64,000 nucleotides of DNA, taken from contig JAIEPZ010000005.1 of assembly GCA_019748135.1 (NCBI GenBank), forward strand, positions 23,413 through 87,412, given 5' to 3'. Within the stretch, counting starts at the first letter, position 1; each line of letters begins with the position of its first letter. Below the pieces are notes generated by a model that saw nothing but the letters and a program-made list of their open reading frames with translations, did no database searches and was not told the origin of the DNA. A program made the position numbers and the translations under genes. This document shows positions 44,112 through 53,419 of this stretch, in pieces. Source of the DNA: Hyphomicrobiales bacterium (GTDB lineage: Bacteria; Pseudomonadota; Alphaproteobacteria; Rhizobiales; UBA4765).

Positions 44112-44989
44112 GTTTCGCGATCGCCCCGGAGGCTATTGAGGACGTTGCCAAGCTTCTCTACATCCGGGCGCTGAAAATCCTGCCAAGCGACATCAAGCAG
44201 GGTTTCGTGCGGTTGAGTGCGGCGGAGACGGACGAGACGGCCCAATCGATTCTGGCAACGATGATCGAGAACATCGCGGTTGCCGAAAAGACCGACAACA
44301 TCCTGTGCCAGGATACCGGCATCCCGATCTACAATGTCGACATCGGGCGCGGCGTCGCGCTCGATGGCTATCTGTTGAAACAGGCGATCCGGCGCGGCGT
44401 CGAGCGGGCGACAAAAGAACATCCGCTGCGCTCTTCCGTCGTCCATCCGCTGACGCGGGTCAACGAGCAGACATCGTGCGGGGCGCATGTGCCGGTGATC
44501 AACATCGATTTTATCGATGAAGCGGAAACGCTGAGAATTGAAATGATCCCCAAGGGCTCGGGCTCGGAGAATGGCTCGTTTCTCAAGATGCTGATCCCGG
44601 CTGACGGCATCGACGGCATCAAGACCTTCGTCATCGACCGGGTGATGGAAGTCGGCGGTCGCGTTTGCCCGCCGACCATCGTGGGCGTTGGTATCGGTGG
44701 CACATCGGATTTGTGCATGCATCTGGCGAAAATGGCGGCGACCCGCCCGCTCGGCACCATGTGCAAGGATCCCGAAGGGGCCAAGCTCGAAAATTTACTG
44801 TCACAAGCTGTCAATATGCTCGATATCGGGCCGCAAGGTCTGGGTGGTTTTGGCACGGCTTTCGCCGTTCATGTCGAGGCGGCGGCCACGCACATCACCA
44901 TGAATCCGGTGGCGGTGAACATCCAGTGCCATTCAGCGAGGCGGGCGAGCGCGGTATTCACCCGCACCGGCGTGGCGATCGGGGAATAG
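44108..44989 (+). CDS. Fe-S hydro-lyase alpha subunit (class I fumarate hydratase / L-tartrate dehydratase TtdA type)
   Basis: 293 aa. CQDTGIPIY cluster-ligand motif, GSGSENGS, VGVGIGGTSD. ATGA overlap with the permease stop. Confidence 0.88.
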   Translation: MSFAIAPEAIEDVAKLLYIRALKILPSDIKQGFVRLSAAETDETAQSILATMIENIAVAEKTDNILCQDTGIPIYNVDIGRGVALDGYLLKQAIRRGVERATKEHPLRSSVVHPLTRVNEQTSCGAHVPVINIDFIDEAETLRIEMIPKGSGSENGSFLKMLIPADGIDGIKTFVIDRVMEVGGRVCPPTIVGVGIGGTSDLCMHLAKMAATRPLGTMCKDPEGAKLENLLSQAVNMLDIGPQGLGGFGTAFAVHVEAAATHITMNPVAVNIQCHSARRASAVFTRTGVAIGE

Positions 44990-45601
44990 ATGGCGGATTA
45001 TCAATTCATCACGCCGGTCAGTGCGGCAGACGTCCGTCAGCTTCGCCTCGGCGACCGGGTGACGCTCAGCGGCGCGCTTTACGGCGTACGTGATGCCAAT
45101 CTGATCGCCATGTTCGACAAGGGACGGAAGACCAAGTTTGATCTCGAAGGAGCGGCTGTCGTCCACACCGCCCCCAATGTGCGTAAAGTGCCGGTGTCAA
45201 ATGAGCACCCCGCCGGCTACGCGGCGATCAATGTCGGCACGACGACAAGCCAGCGCATGGAGCGTTTCACCCGCCCGCTGATGGAGCGCGAGGGGGTTCG
45301 GATCATCATCGGCAAGGGCGGTATGGGCGATGAGACGCTAAAGGCTTTCAGCGAATTTGTCGGCGTTTATCTGGCGATTGTCGGCGGGGCAGCAGCGCTG
45401 CAGACGACGTGGATTGAGAGCATTGATGATGTCGATATGGACGATCTCAACCCTGAATCGATCTGGCGCTTCAGCGTCAGGAATTTCGGCCCCTTGCTGG
45501 TGACGATGGATTCGCATGGCGCCTCGTCGTTTGATGCTGTGAGGGCGCGGGCCGATGCCAGGCGGGCGGCAGCACTCAACTATCTCGGTGTCAAGAGTTG
45601 A
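44990..45601 (+). CDS. Fe-S hydro-lyase beta subunit (TtdB / FumA C-terminal domain type)
   Basis: 203 aa. LSGALYGVRDANL..., IIGKGGMGD. The start abuts the alpha stop (TAG-ATG). Confidence 0.88.
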   Translation: MADYQFITPVSAADVRQLRLGDRVTLSGALYGVRDANLIAMFDKGRKTKFDLEGAAVVHTAPNVRKVPVSNEHPAGYAAINVGTTTSQRMERFTRPLMEREGVRIIIGKGGMGDETLKAFSEFVGVYLAIVGGAAALQTTWIESIDDVDMDDLNPESIWRFSVRNFGPLLVTMDSHGASSFDAVRARADARRAAALNYLGVKS

Positions 45602-47313
45602 GAACGCTTGACACCGATATTCTGGTTCTGGGATCGGGTGGCGCCGGGCTTTTCGGCGTTCTGCATGCATTGGAAGCTGACCCTGATCTTCACGTGACGA
45701 TTGCCGTCAAGGGATTACTTGGTAAGAGCGGCTGCACGCGCATGGTCCAGGGCGGCTACAATGTCGTGCTGTCGCCAGGCGATTCCATCGAACGCCACTT
45801 CATGGACACGATTGAGGGCGGCAAATGGCTTAACGTCCAGGAGCTGGCGTGGAAGCTGGTGTCGGAAGCGCCGATACGCATCCGCGAACTCGAAAACAAA
45901 TATGGTTGTTTCTTTGACCGCAATCCCGATGGCAGCGTGCATCAGAAGGCCTTCGCCGGCCAGACTTTCGACCGCACTGTCCACAAGGGCGATCTGACGG
46001 GGATCGAGATTGTCAGCCGGCTGGCGGAACAGGTCTGGGGAAAAAGCGCCGTACGGCTTGAGGAGCACCGAGCGCTTGCCCTGATACCGGCAAGCGACCG
46101 GACCGGACTTGCCGGCGTGCTGATGGTCGATATGCGCGATGGCGCCTACGTCCTGGTGCGGGCAAAGGCGACGCTGCTTGCCACCGGCGGCGGGCCCACC
46201 ATGTATCGCTACCACACGCCATCGGGTGACAAATCCTGCGACGGCATGGCGATGGCGCTGCGGGCCGGGCTGAGCCTGCGCGATATGGAGATGGTGCAGT
46301 TCCACCCGACCGGGCTTCTCGCCGGCCCGGGTACGCGCATGACGGGCACGGTGCTGGAAGAAGGACTTCGCGGGGCAGGCGGCTATCTTCTCGACGGCAA
46401 TGGCAAGCGCTTCATGTTCGATTATGACGAGCGGGGCGAGCGGGCAACGCGCGATGTGGTGTCACGCGCGGTCGACGACGTTATCCGCGCGGGCCGCGCT
46501 TCCCCGCTTGGCGGGGTTTTCATCGAGATGAAACATCTGGGGCCGGAGAATGTCCGCCGTCAGTTCAAGGGCATGGTGGAGCGCTGCGCCGATTGCGGCT
46601 TTGATCTGGCTGCAGGGCGTGTTGAAGTGGTGCCGACCGCGCATTACATGATGGGCGGCGTGGAGTTTGCCGGAGATTGCTCGACCGCGCTGCCCGGCCT
46701 GTTCGTCGCTGGCGAAGATACGGGCGGGGTTCACGGCGCCAACCGGCTGGGTGGTAACGGGGTTGCCAATTCCACGGTTTTCGGTGGTATCGCAGGCGGG
46801 GCGATGGCGGCCTTCGTGCGCCGCGCCGGACGGCTTTGCGATGAAGATGCGCACGCCGTCGCGGCGGCGATTGCAAGCGCCGAACAGCCGTTCGGCCGGC
46901 CGGCCGGTCAAGTTGAAGAGGTGCGCGAGCGACTTCATCAGGTGATGTGGGATGAGGTCGGCATCATCCGCGATCGCTCGCGCCTGATGGCAGCGCAGGG
47001 CTCCCTGCACGAACTTGCCGCGCATATCGATGCCATGGGCGTTGGCGGCGGCCGGTCCTTCAATCTCACCTGGCATGACTGGCTCAATCTCAAGAACCTC
47101 ATTCTGGTGAGCCAGTCGATTGCCGTTGCGGCGTTGGCGCGGGAGGATTCGCGCGGCGCCCATTACCGCGCCGATCATCCAACCGCCAGCGATCTCATGG
47201 CCTCGACCTATACCCAGGTGCGATTGGAAAAGGATGAGCTGCGTGTGGCCGCGCGGGCGGTTGATTTTACCCATGTGAGACCAGGTGAAAGCCTGCTGCA
47301 GGCGGCGGAATAA
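45598..47313 (+). CDS. Succinate dehydrogenase/fumarate reductase-type flavoprotein subunit (non-canonical FAD-attachment site)
   Basis: 571 aa. VLGSGGAGL dinucleotide fold, QFHPTG, EEGLRGAGG, HYMMGG, NRLGGN. TTG start overlaps the beta stop (TTGA). SGCTRMVQGG stands where RSHTxAAQGG is expected. Confidence 0.9.
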   Translation: MRTLDTDILVLGSGGAGLFGVLHALEADPDLHVTIAVKGLLGKSGCTRMVQGGYNVVLSPGDSIERHFMDTIEGGKWLNVQELAWKLVSEAPIRIRELENKYGCFFDRNPDGSVHQKAFAGQTFDRTVHKGDLTGIEIVSRLAEQVWGKSAVRLEEHRALALIPASDRTGLAGVLMVDMRDGAYVLVRAKATLLATGGGPTMYRYHTPSGDKSCDGMAMALRAGLSLRDMEMVQFHPTGLLAGPGTRMTGTVLEEGLRGAGGYLLDGNGKRFMFDYDERGERATRDVVSRAVDDVIRAGRASPLGGVFIEMKHLGPENVRRQFKGMVERCADCGFDLAAGRVEVVPTAHYMMGGVEFAGDCSTALPGLFVAGEDTGGVHGANRLGGNGVANSTVFGGIAGGAMAAFVRRAGRLCDEDAHAVAAAIASAEQPFGRPAGQVEEVRERLHQVMWDEVGIIRDRSRLMAAQGSLHELAAHIDAMGVGGGRSFNLTWHDWLNLKNLILVSQSIAVAALAREDSRGAHYRADHPTASDLMASTYTQVRLEKDELRVAARAVDFTHVRPGESLLQAAE

Positions 47314-47333
47314 TGTTGTCTGCGCTGTGCTGT

Positions 47334-48377
47334 TTAAGGGGCGCCAAAGCCGTAGCGCCTCAACTCCTCGCCATTGACGAGGCTGCGCAGTTTCCCCCGT
47401 GACAGGCGGTCGGCGACCGCGCGCGCTGATAGCCGACGCATGTCGTCAAGGCTCTGCGGCGTATAGAACGCGGCATGCGGCGTAATCGTCAGGCGCCCCT
47501 CGAGCCAGTGCTCGCGCGCCGTCCACGCCTTGATCAGCGGATGCGAGCGCTCCAGCGGTTCGACCGGCAGTACGTCAAGACCGGCAGCAGCGATACGGTC
47601 CGAGCGTAAGCCCGCTTCCAGCGCATCAAGATCGATGATTGGTCCGCGCGCCGTGTTGATGAGCACGGCGTCCGGTTTCATGGTGGCAACCGCCGCGTGA
47701 TCGATCAGGTTCGTCGTTGCGGTGGTGAGCGGACAATGAAGCGAGACGATATCGCTCGCCGCCAGCAGGCCGTGGAGCGTGTCGTGGCGAAGCAACCCCA
47801 GCGACAATTCAACACCCGGCGGCAGATGAGGGTCGTAAAAGGCGACATCAAGCGAAAAGGCGCGCGCGCGTTGTGCTGCGGCGATGCCGATACGGCCAAG
47901 CCCGACAACCCCAAAGGTGAGGTCGCGCAGGCGGCGAACAGGCCGCATCTCCAGCTGATCGGTCGACCACGCATCATCGCGGGTCAAAAGCCGCGCATTA
48001 TAGGTGCTGATGCCACGGAACAGATTGAGCGTCAGCGCCAGCGCATGGTCGGCAACTTCCATGGTGCCATAATCGGGCGTGTTGCAGACCGCAAGGCCTC
48101 GCCGGGCGCAGGCGTCGATGTCGATATGATTGTAACCAACGCCTGCCTGCACGAGAAGCTGCGCTTTCGTCATGGCGTGCACTTCACGCTCGCCGATCTT
48201 GTGGCGACCGCGGAAATTGATGATCGCATCAGCGCGTGCCAGGGTCGCAGTCGGTACCTGATGGGACGCATTGAGCGACACCAGTTCGATATCGAAACCG
48301 GCGCCGAGTTCAGCCGCCTCAAGATCGGGCAGACGCATCGGTGGCGGATCGAGAATGAGCACCAGCGGCATCGGCAT
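47334..48377 (-). CDS. D-isomer-specific 2-hydroxyacid dehydrogenase family protein
   Basis: NAD motif GVVGLGRIGIAAA, NTARGP, TPHAAF catalytic His block. Start taken at MPMPLVLIL (48377). Confidence 0.85.
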   Translation of the reverse strand: MPMPLVLILDPPPMRLPDLEAAELGAGFDIELVSLNASHQVPTATLARADAIINFRGRHKIGEREVHAMTKAQLLVQAGVGYNHIDIDACARRGLAVCNTPDYGTMEVADHALALTLNLFRGISTYNARLLTRDDAWSTDQLEMRPVRRLRDLTFGVVGLGRIGIAAAQRARAFSLDVAFYDPHLPPGVELSLGLLRHDTLHGLLAASDIVSLHCPLTTATTNLIDHAAVATMKPDAVLINTARGPIIDLDALEAGLRSDRIAAAGLDVLPVEPLERSHPLIKAWTAREHWLEGRLTITPHAAFYTPQSLDDMRRLSARAVADRLSRGKLRSLVNGEELRRYGFGAP

Positions 48378-48471
48378 GTCCTTGGTTGGGGCAGGATGGC
48401 TCTGTTGCAAAACCCCGCATTGACACCGCAGTTGTTGCGCGCGACCACAAACACGGCAAGTGGGAGTTGAG

Positions 48472-50139
48472 ATGGCGATGAACAAAAAAGTCAACACGCC
48501 GCGCCTGATGAGCGGTGGTGAAGCGATTGTCGATAGCCTCAAGGCCAACGGGGTTGACACCGTATTCGGCCTTCCCGGTGTCCAGATGTATCCGCTGTTT
48601 GACGCACTGCATCAGGCGTCCAACACCATTCAGACCATCGGTGCGCGTCATGAGCAGGCCTGTGCCTACATGGCTTTCGGCTATGCGCGCTCGACGGGAC
48701 GGCCCGGTGTCTTTTCAGTCGTGCCTGGGCCTGGCGTCCTCAATGCTTCGGCGGCAATCGCGACGGCCCTTGGCGCCAGCGCGCCCGTTCTGTGTCTGAC
48801 AGGACAGATACCGTCCGATTTCATCGGGCGCGGGCGCGGCCATCTCCATGAATTGCCGGATCAGCTGGCGACCATTCGATCCTTTACCAAGGCAGCAGCG
48901 CGGATTGAGCGCGGCGCCGAAGCGCCGCGCCAGGTCAACTGGGCGTTTCGCCAACTCTGCGAGGGGCGCCCGGGGCCGGTATCGCTGGAGATGGCGTGGG
49001 ATGTGATGGCGCGCACGGAACGCGTTCAAGGGCTTGGCGCTGCCGGGATCGAAGCCGCCTTGGCTCCCGACCCCGATCAGATTGCCAACGCCGCCAGGTT
49101 GATTGCGAGCGCCAAACGGCCGATCATATTTCTTGGCAGCGGCGCCCAGCATGCGAGCGAGGCGATCACGGCGCTCGCTGAAGCCATCGACGCGCCGGTT
49201 GCGGCATTCCGCAGCGGGCGCGGCATCGTTGCCGAAGACCATCCGCTTGGTGTGTCGAGCTATCAGGCAAAGCTCCTGTGGGAAAAAAGCGATCTGGTGA
49301 TCGGCATCGGAACGCGGCTCGAAATGCCGCTGATGCGCTGGCAGGGGATGAGTGGCCTTGTCGATCGCTTTGACCGCTTGATGATCCGCATCGATATCGA
49401 TCCGGTCGAGATGGTGCGGGTGAAGGCGGATGTGGGCATTGTCGCTGATTCTGCGCACGGCGCGCGGGCGCTCTATGAGGCGGTCACGCGGCTGCCATTG
49501 TCGAAGGCAGGTGATGCGACAGAACGCGTGGCAGCGGCGCGTGCGCAGGCTGCCAGGGATATCGCTGAGATCGAACCGCAGATGTCCTATCTCAAGCTCA
49601 TCCGCGACGTCATGCCGCGCGATGGAATTCTGGTGGAGGAGCTGTGCCAAACGGGATTTACGTCCTATTTCGGATATCCCGTTCTGGCACCGCGCTCCTA
49701 TATCTCCTCAGGTTTTTCCGGAACGCTCGGTTACGGCTTCCAGACGGCGCTCGGCGTCAAGATCGGCAATCCCCGCAAGGCCGTGGTGTCGATCACGGGC
49801 GATGGCGGCTTCATGTTTGGCGTCCAGGAGCTTGCGACCGCCGTCCATCACGGCATCGGGCTCGTCACCATCGTCTTCAACAACGCAAGCTACGGCAATG
49901 TGCGGCGTGATCAGCAGGAGCGTTATGGCGGGCGGGTGCTGGGGTCTGATCTCACCAATCCCGATTTCGTCAAGCTTGGCGAAGCGTTTGGCGTCATGGC
50001 ACGCCGCGTCACAACGCCGGCAGAGCTGAAAGGTGTTCTTGAGGCAGCGCTTGGCGCTGATCGCCCGGCCCTCATCGAAGTGGTTCTCAAGCCGGACAGC
50101 GAAACCTCGCCGTGGAAATTCATCCATTTCGCGAAGTAG
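48472..50139 (+). CDS. Thiamine-pyrophosphate-dependent enzyme, acetolactate-synthase-like
   Basis: GGEAIVDSLKANGVDTVFGLPG N-terminus. TPP motif GDGGFMF...NNASYGNV. GGAG Shine-Dalgarno before the ATG at 48472 (an in-frame GTG lies at 48460). Confidence 0.85.
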   Translation: MAMNKKVNTPRLMSGGEAIVDSLKANGVDTVFGLPGVQMYPLFDALHQASNTIQTIGARHEQACAYMAFGYARSTGRPGVFSVVPGPGVLNASAAIATALGASAPVLCLTGQIPSDFIGRGRGHLHELPDQLATIRSFTKAAARIERGAEAPRQVNWAFRQLCEGRPGPVSLEMAWDVMARTERVQGLGAAGIEAALAPDPDQIANAARLIASAKRPIIFLGSGAQHASEAITALAEAIDAPVAAFRSGRGIVAEDHPLGVSSYQAKLLWEKSDLVIGIGTRLEMPLMRWQGMSGLVDRFDRLMIRIDIDPVEMVRVKADVGIVADSAHGARALYEAVTRLPLSKAGDATERVAAARAQAARDIAEIEPQMSYLKLIRDVMPRDGILVEELCQTGFTSYFGYPVLAPRSYISSGFSGTLGYGFQTALGVKIGNPRKAVVSITGDGGFMFGVQELATAVHHGIGLVTIVFNNASYGNVRRDQQERYGGRVLGSDLTNPDFVKLGEAFGVMARRVTTPAELKGVLEAALGADRPALIEVVLKPDSETSPWKFIHFAK

Positions 50140-50256
50140 ATCATTATGTCACGACATAGCTTGCGTGTCGCATAAACAGGTGGGTTTCGTCACGTGGAAG
50201 TGAATCGTCTGCTGGATGCTCGATGGTAGGTTAGATGCCTGCAAGCGGAGAACGCC

Positions 50257-51018
50257 ATGATTTCCAGTCGTCACCTATTGTCGTCATCTCTCGTGTTCTG
50301 CCTCATGTTGTTCATGACCGGCTTTGCCTCGCCGGCTTTTGCCCAGCCGGTCACGCTCACAGCCAAGGACGGGGTGAAGGTATTCGGCACCTATTACGGC
50401 ACAGGCGACAAGTCGAAACCGGTTGTCCTGTTGTTCCATATGGCCGGCTCCAACGCGGCCGAGTACGCGCCGACCGCTCCGCGTCTGGTGGCACTTGGAT
50501 ATAACGCGCTGGCGATTGATCAGCGCTCAGGCGGATTTGCCTTTGGCGCTGGCAATCAAACGGTGAAGGAACTCGGGCGCAGTGCCGGCTTCCTGCAGGC
50601 CTTGCCTGATCTTGAGGCGGCGCTTGCCTGGGTCGCCAGCAGCGGGCATGGCGGCAAGGTGATCATTGTCGGCTCCAGCTATTCGGCCTCGCTGGTGTTT
50701 TTGCTGGCTGCGCAGAACCCGGGCAAGGTTGCCGGGCTGGCTGCCTTTTCGCCGGGCGAATATTTCGGCGCGGGCGCAAGCGTCAAGGGTGCAGCCCAAA
50801 AGCTGCAGGGCGTCCAGGTCTTTGTGTCCTCAGCCAGTGATTCCGGTGAGGTTGCGGAAGCGCGCTCCATCCTTGAAGCCGTACCGGGAAGTGCCAAGAC
50901 GCAGCTTGCGGCCAAGCGGGCTCCGCATGGCGCGTCCTCCCTGCGTCAGGATGCGAATGGTGGCGGACAGGCCGAGGTGTGGGAAGGTTTCACCCGCTTC
51001 CTTGCCTCGGTGCGCTAG
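50257..51018 (+). CDS. Secreted alpha/beta-hydrolase-fold protein
   Basis: Signal peptide ([20 protein letters not shown]). Nucleophile-elbow-like [11 protein letters not shown]. Confidence 0.6.
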   Translation: MISSRHLLSSSLVFCLMLFMTGFASPAFAQPVTLTAKDGVKVFGTYYGTGDKSKPVVLLFHMAGSNAAEYAPTAPRLVALGYNALAIDQRSGGFAFGAGNQTVKELGRSAGFLQALPDLEAALAWVASSGHGGKVIIVGSSYSASLVFLLAAQNPGKVAGLAAFSPGEYFGAGASVKGAAQKLQGVQVFVSSASDSGEVAEARSILEAVPGSAKTQLAAKRAPHGASSLRQDANGGGQAEVWEGFTRFLASVR

Positions 51019-51038
51019 ATCGTTCTACTCATCCGTCC

Positions 51039-52154
51039 ATGATCGCCCGGACGGATACGGACGTCGTCATTATCGGGGCAGGGGTCGTCGGGCTCGCGGT
51101 TGCGCGCGCGCTTGCCCTGGCTGGCCGCGACGTGATCGTGCTGGAAGCCGAAGATCACATCGGCGAGCATCAATCCTCACGCAATAGCGAGGTGATCCAT
51201 GCCGGGCTTTATTACACCCCGGGCAGCCTGAAGGCACGTGCCTGTGTCGCGGGCAAAGAGCGGCTCTACGCCTATTGCGCACAGCACGGTATCGCCCATC
51301 GGCGTATCGGCAAATTCATTGTCGCGGCAAATGCTGAACAAGTGACACGTCTTGAAGCCATCTGCGCCAATGCGCGGGCCTGTGGCGTTGATGATCTGGT
51401 GATGATCGATGGGCCGGAAGTGCGCCGCTGCGAGCCGGCGCTCACCGCTCATGCGGCGCTCATATCGCCGTCGACAGGCATTATCGACAGTCACGCCTAC
51501 ATGCTGGCGCTCCAGGGTGAAGCGGAAGCACATGGGGCGAGCGTCGTGTTCAAAGCTCCTTTTGAGCGTGCCGTTGTCGAAACAGGGCGGGTGCGCCTGT
51601 GGACCGGCGGCGTCGAGCCGTTCGAGATGACCTGTCGGCTCCTCGTCAACTGCGCGGGGATGGCCGCGCCCGCCTTGGCGCGACGTATCGACGCGTATCC
51701 TCCAACGCGCATTCCGCAGGAAAGTCTGGCCAAGGGAAATTATTTCACGCTTGCTGGTCGCTCGCCCTTCTCAAGGCTTATCTATCCCATCCCGGAACCG
51801 GGCGGACTCGGGGTCCATCTGACGCTTGATCTGGGCGGGCAGGCGCGTTTTGGCCCCGATGTCGAATGGATCGAGACGATGGATTATGCCGTCGATGCGC
51901 GGCGTGGCGAGCGCTTCTATGCCGCAATCCGTCGCTATTGGCCGGGTCTCAAGGATGGTGCGCTGGCGCCTGCCTATGCCGGCATCCGGGCCAAGATCGG
52001 CCCGCGCGACCAGACACAGGATTTTATCATCGACGGCCCGGACGACCATGGCTGTCCAGGCGTCCTGTCGCTGTTTGGCATTGAAAGCCCGGGCCTGACC
52101 TCATCGCTTGCGCTTGCTGGCATGGTGGCTGACAAAGCGGTCCGTTCAGCCTGA
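51039..52154 (+). CDS. FAD-dependent oxidoreductase, L-2-hydroxyglutarate oxidase (LhgO/YgaF)-like
   Basis: [15 protein letters not shown] Rossmann motif. [21 protein letters not shown] block closely resembles LhgO. Confidence 0.8.
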   Translation: MIARTDTDVVIIGAGVVGLAVARALALAGRDVIVLEAEDHIGEHQSSRNSEVIHAGLYYTPGSLKARACVAGKERLYAYCAQHGIAHRRIGKFIVAANAEQVTRLEAICANARACGVDDLVMIDGPEVRRCEPALTAHAALISPSTGIIDSHAYMLALQGEAEAHGASVVFKAPFERAVVETGRVRLWTGGVEPFEMTCRLLVNCAGMAAPALARRIDAYPPTRIPQESLAKGNYFTLAGRSPFSRLIYPIPEPGGLGVHLTLDLGGQARFGPDVEWIETMDYAVDARRGERFYAAIRRYWPGLKDGALAPAYAGIRAKIGPRDQTQDFIIDGPDDHGCPGVLSLFGIESPGLTSSLALAGMVADKAVRSA

Positions 52155-52160
52155 CGCCAG

Positions 52161-53330
52161 CTATCTGGCGGGCAGTGCCATCTCGACAAGCCGGGCCCAG
52201 AAGCTGGCGCCATAGAGCGCCGCGTTGTCGTCGAAATCATAGGCCGGGTGATGGCAGACCGGCGTATCGCCATTGCCCACGAAAATATAGGCGCCGGGGC
52301 GCTCTTCCAGCAAATAGGCGAAATCTTCCGCCCCCATCAGCGGCGGGTGATCGGTCGTCACCTTGTCAGCGCCCACGACGTCCATGGCGACCTTGGCAGC
52401 GAAAATCGTCTGATCGGCGTGATTGACGGTTGGCGGATAGCCGCGCTCATAGTCAAGCGATGCCGTGGCGCCCATGGAGCTGGCGATGCCGGTGATGATC
52501 TCACCCATGCGTTTTTCAATCAGATCCTGCACGTCTTTCTTGAACGTGCGCACGGTGCCGGTGATGCGGGCGGTCTGCGGAATGACGTTGAAGGCGTCTC
52601 CTGCATGGAAGGTGGTGATCGACAGGACGGCGCTTTCGACGGGATCGACATTACGTGCAACGATCGATTGCAGGGCCTGGCCGATGGTCATGGCAACGAT
52701 GATGGTGTCGATGGTCTGGTTTGGCATCGCCGCATGGCCGCCACGCCCCTCGATATCGATCACAAAGCGGTCCGCTGCCGCCATTGTCGGGCCGGTGCGC
52801 ATGGCGAAGGTGCCGACCGGCACGCCCGGCATGTTATGCATGCCGTAGACCTCGTCGATCTTCCAGCGGGTCATCAACCCGTCCTCGATCATCGCCTTGC
52901 CGCCGCCGCCGCCTTCTTCGGCCGGCTGGAAGATGACGATGGCCGTTCCATCGAAATTGCGGGTCTCGGTGAGATAGCGCGCCGCGCCCAGCAGCATGGC
53001 GGTGTGACCATCATGCCCGCAGGCATGCATCTTGCCGGGTGTTTTCGATTTGTAGGGGCGCTCGACAATTTCCTGGATCGGCAGCGCATCCATGTCAGCC
53101 CGCAAGCCGATGACCTTTCCCGAACCAGACTGCCGGCCCTTGATCACGCCTACAACGCCGGTCTTGCCGATGCCGGTCACCACCTCGTCGACGCCGAAAG
53201 CTTTGAGCTTGTCGGCAACGATGGCGGCGGTACGATGAACCTCGTAGAGGAGCTCGGGGTTTTCGTGAAAGTCCCGGCGCCAGGCGGTGATATCATCGGC
53301 GAAGGCGGAAACACGATTGACGATGGGCAT
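52161..53330 (-). CDS. M20-family amidohydrolase (hippurate hydrolase / N-acyl-L-amino acid amidohydrolase type)
   Basis: FHENPEL, MHACGHDGH metal motif, FQPAEEGGGG. Confidence 0.88.
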   Translation of the reverse strand: MPIVNRVSAFADDITAWRRDFHENPELLYEVHRTAAIVADKLKAFGVDEVVTGIGKTGVVGVIKGRQSGSGKVIGLRADMDALPIQEIVERPYKSKTPGKMHACGHDGHTAMLLGAARYLTETRNFDGTAIVIFQPAEEGGGGGKAMIEDGLMTRWKIDEVYGMHNMPGVPVGTFAMRTGPTMAAADRFVIDIEGRGGHAAMPNQTIDTIIVAMTIGQALQSIVARNVDPVESAVLSITTFHAGDAFNVIPQTARITGTVRTFKKDVQDLIEKRMGEIITGIASSMGATASLDYERGYPPTVNHADQTIFAAKVAMDVVGADKVTTDHPPLMGAEDFAYLLEERPGAYIFVGNGDTPVCHHPAYDFDDNAALYGASFWARLVEMALPAR

Positions 53331-53419
53331 GGGAACTCTTCGATTTTTGCGGGCGGACAGGGAGGCCGGCAGGTGCCAACCGTTCAGGAGCAAAGGCTAA
53401 CGTGTCGGCCGGGTGAGCG

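Noticed and set aside
48472-50139. The TPP enzyme near TauE and Ssu-type transporters might be sulfoacetaldehyde acetyltransferase (Xsc).
   Set aside because: The N-terminal and TPP-motif regions look like generic acetolactate-synthase-like proteins (GGEAIVDSLKANGVDTVFGLPG), not what I remember of Xsc. It is on a separate divergent unit. I left it as a family-level call.
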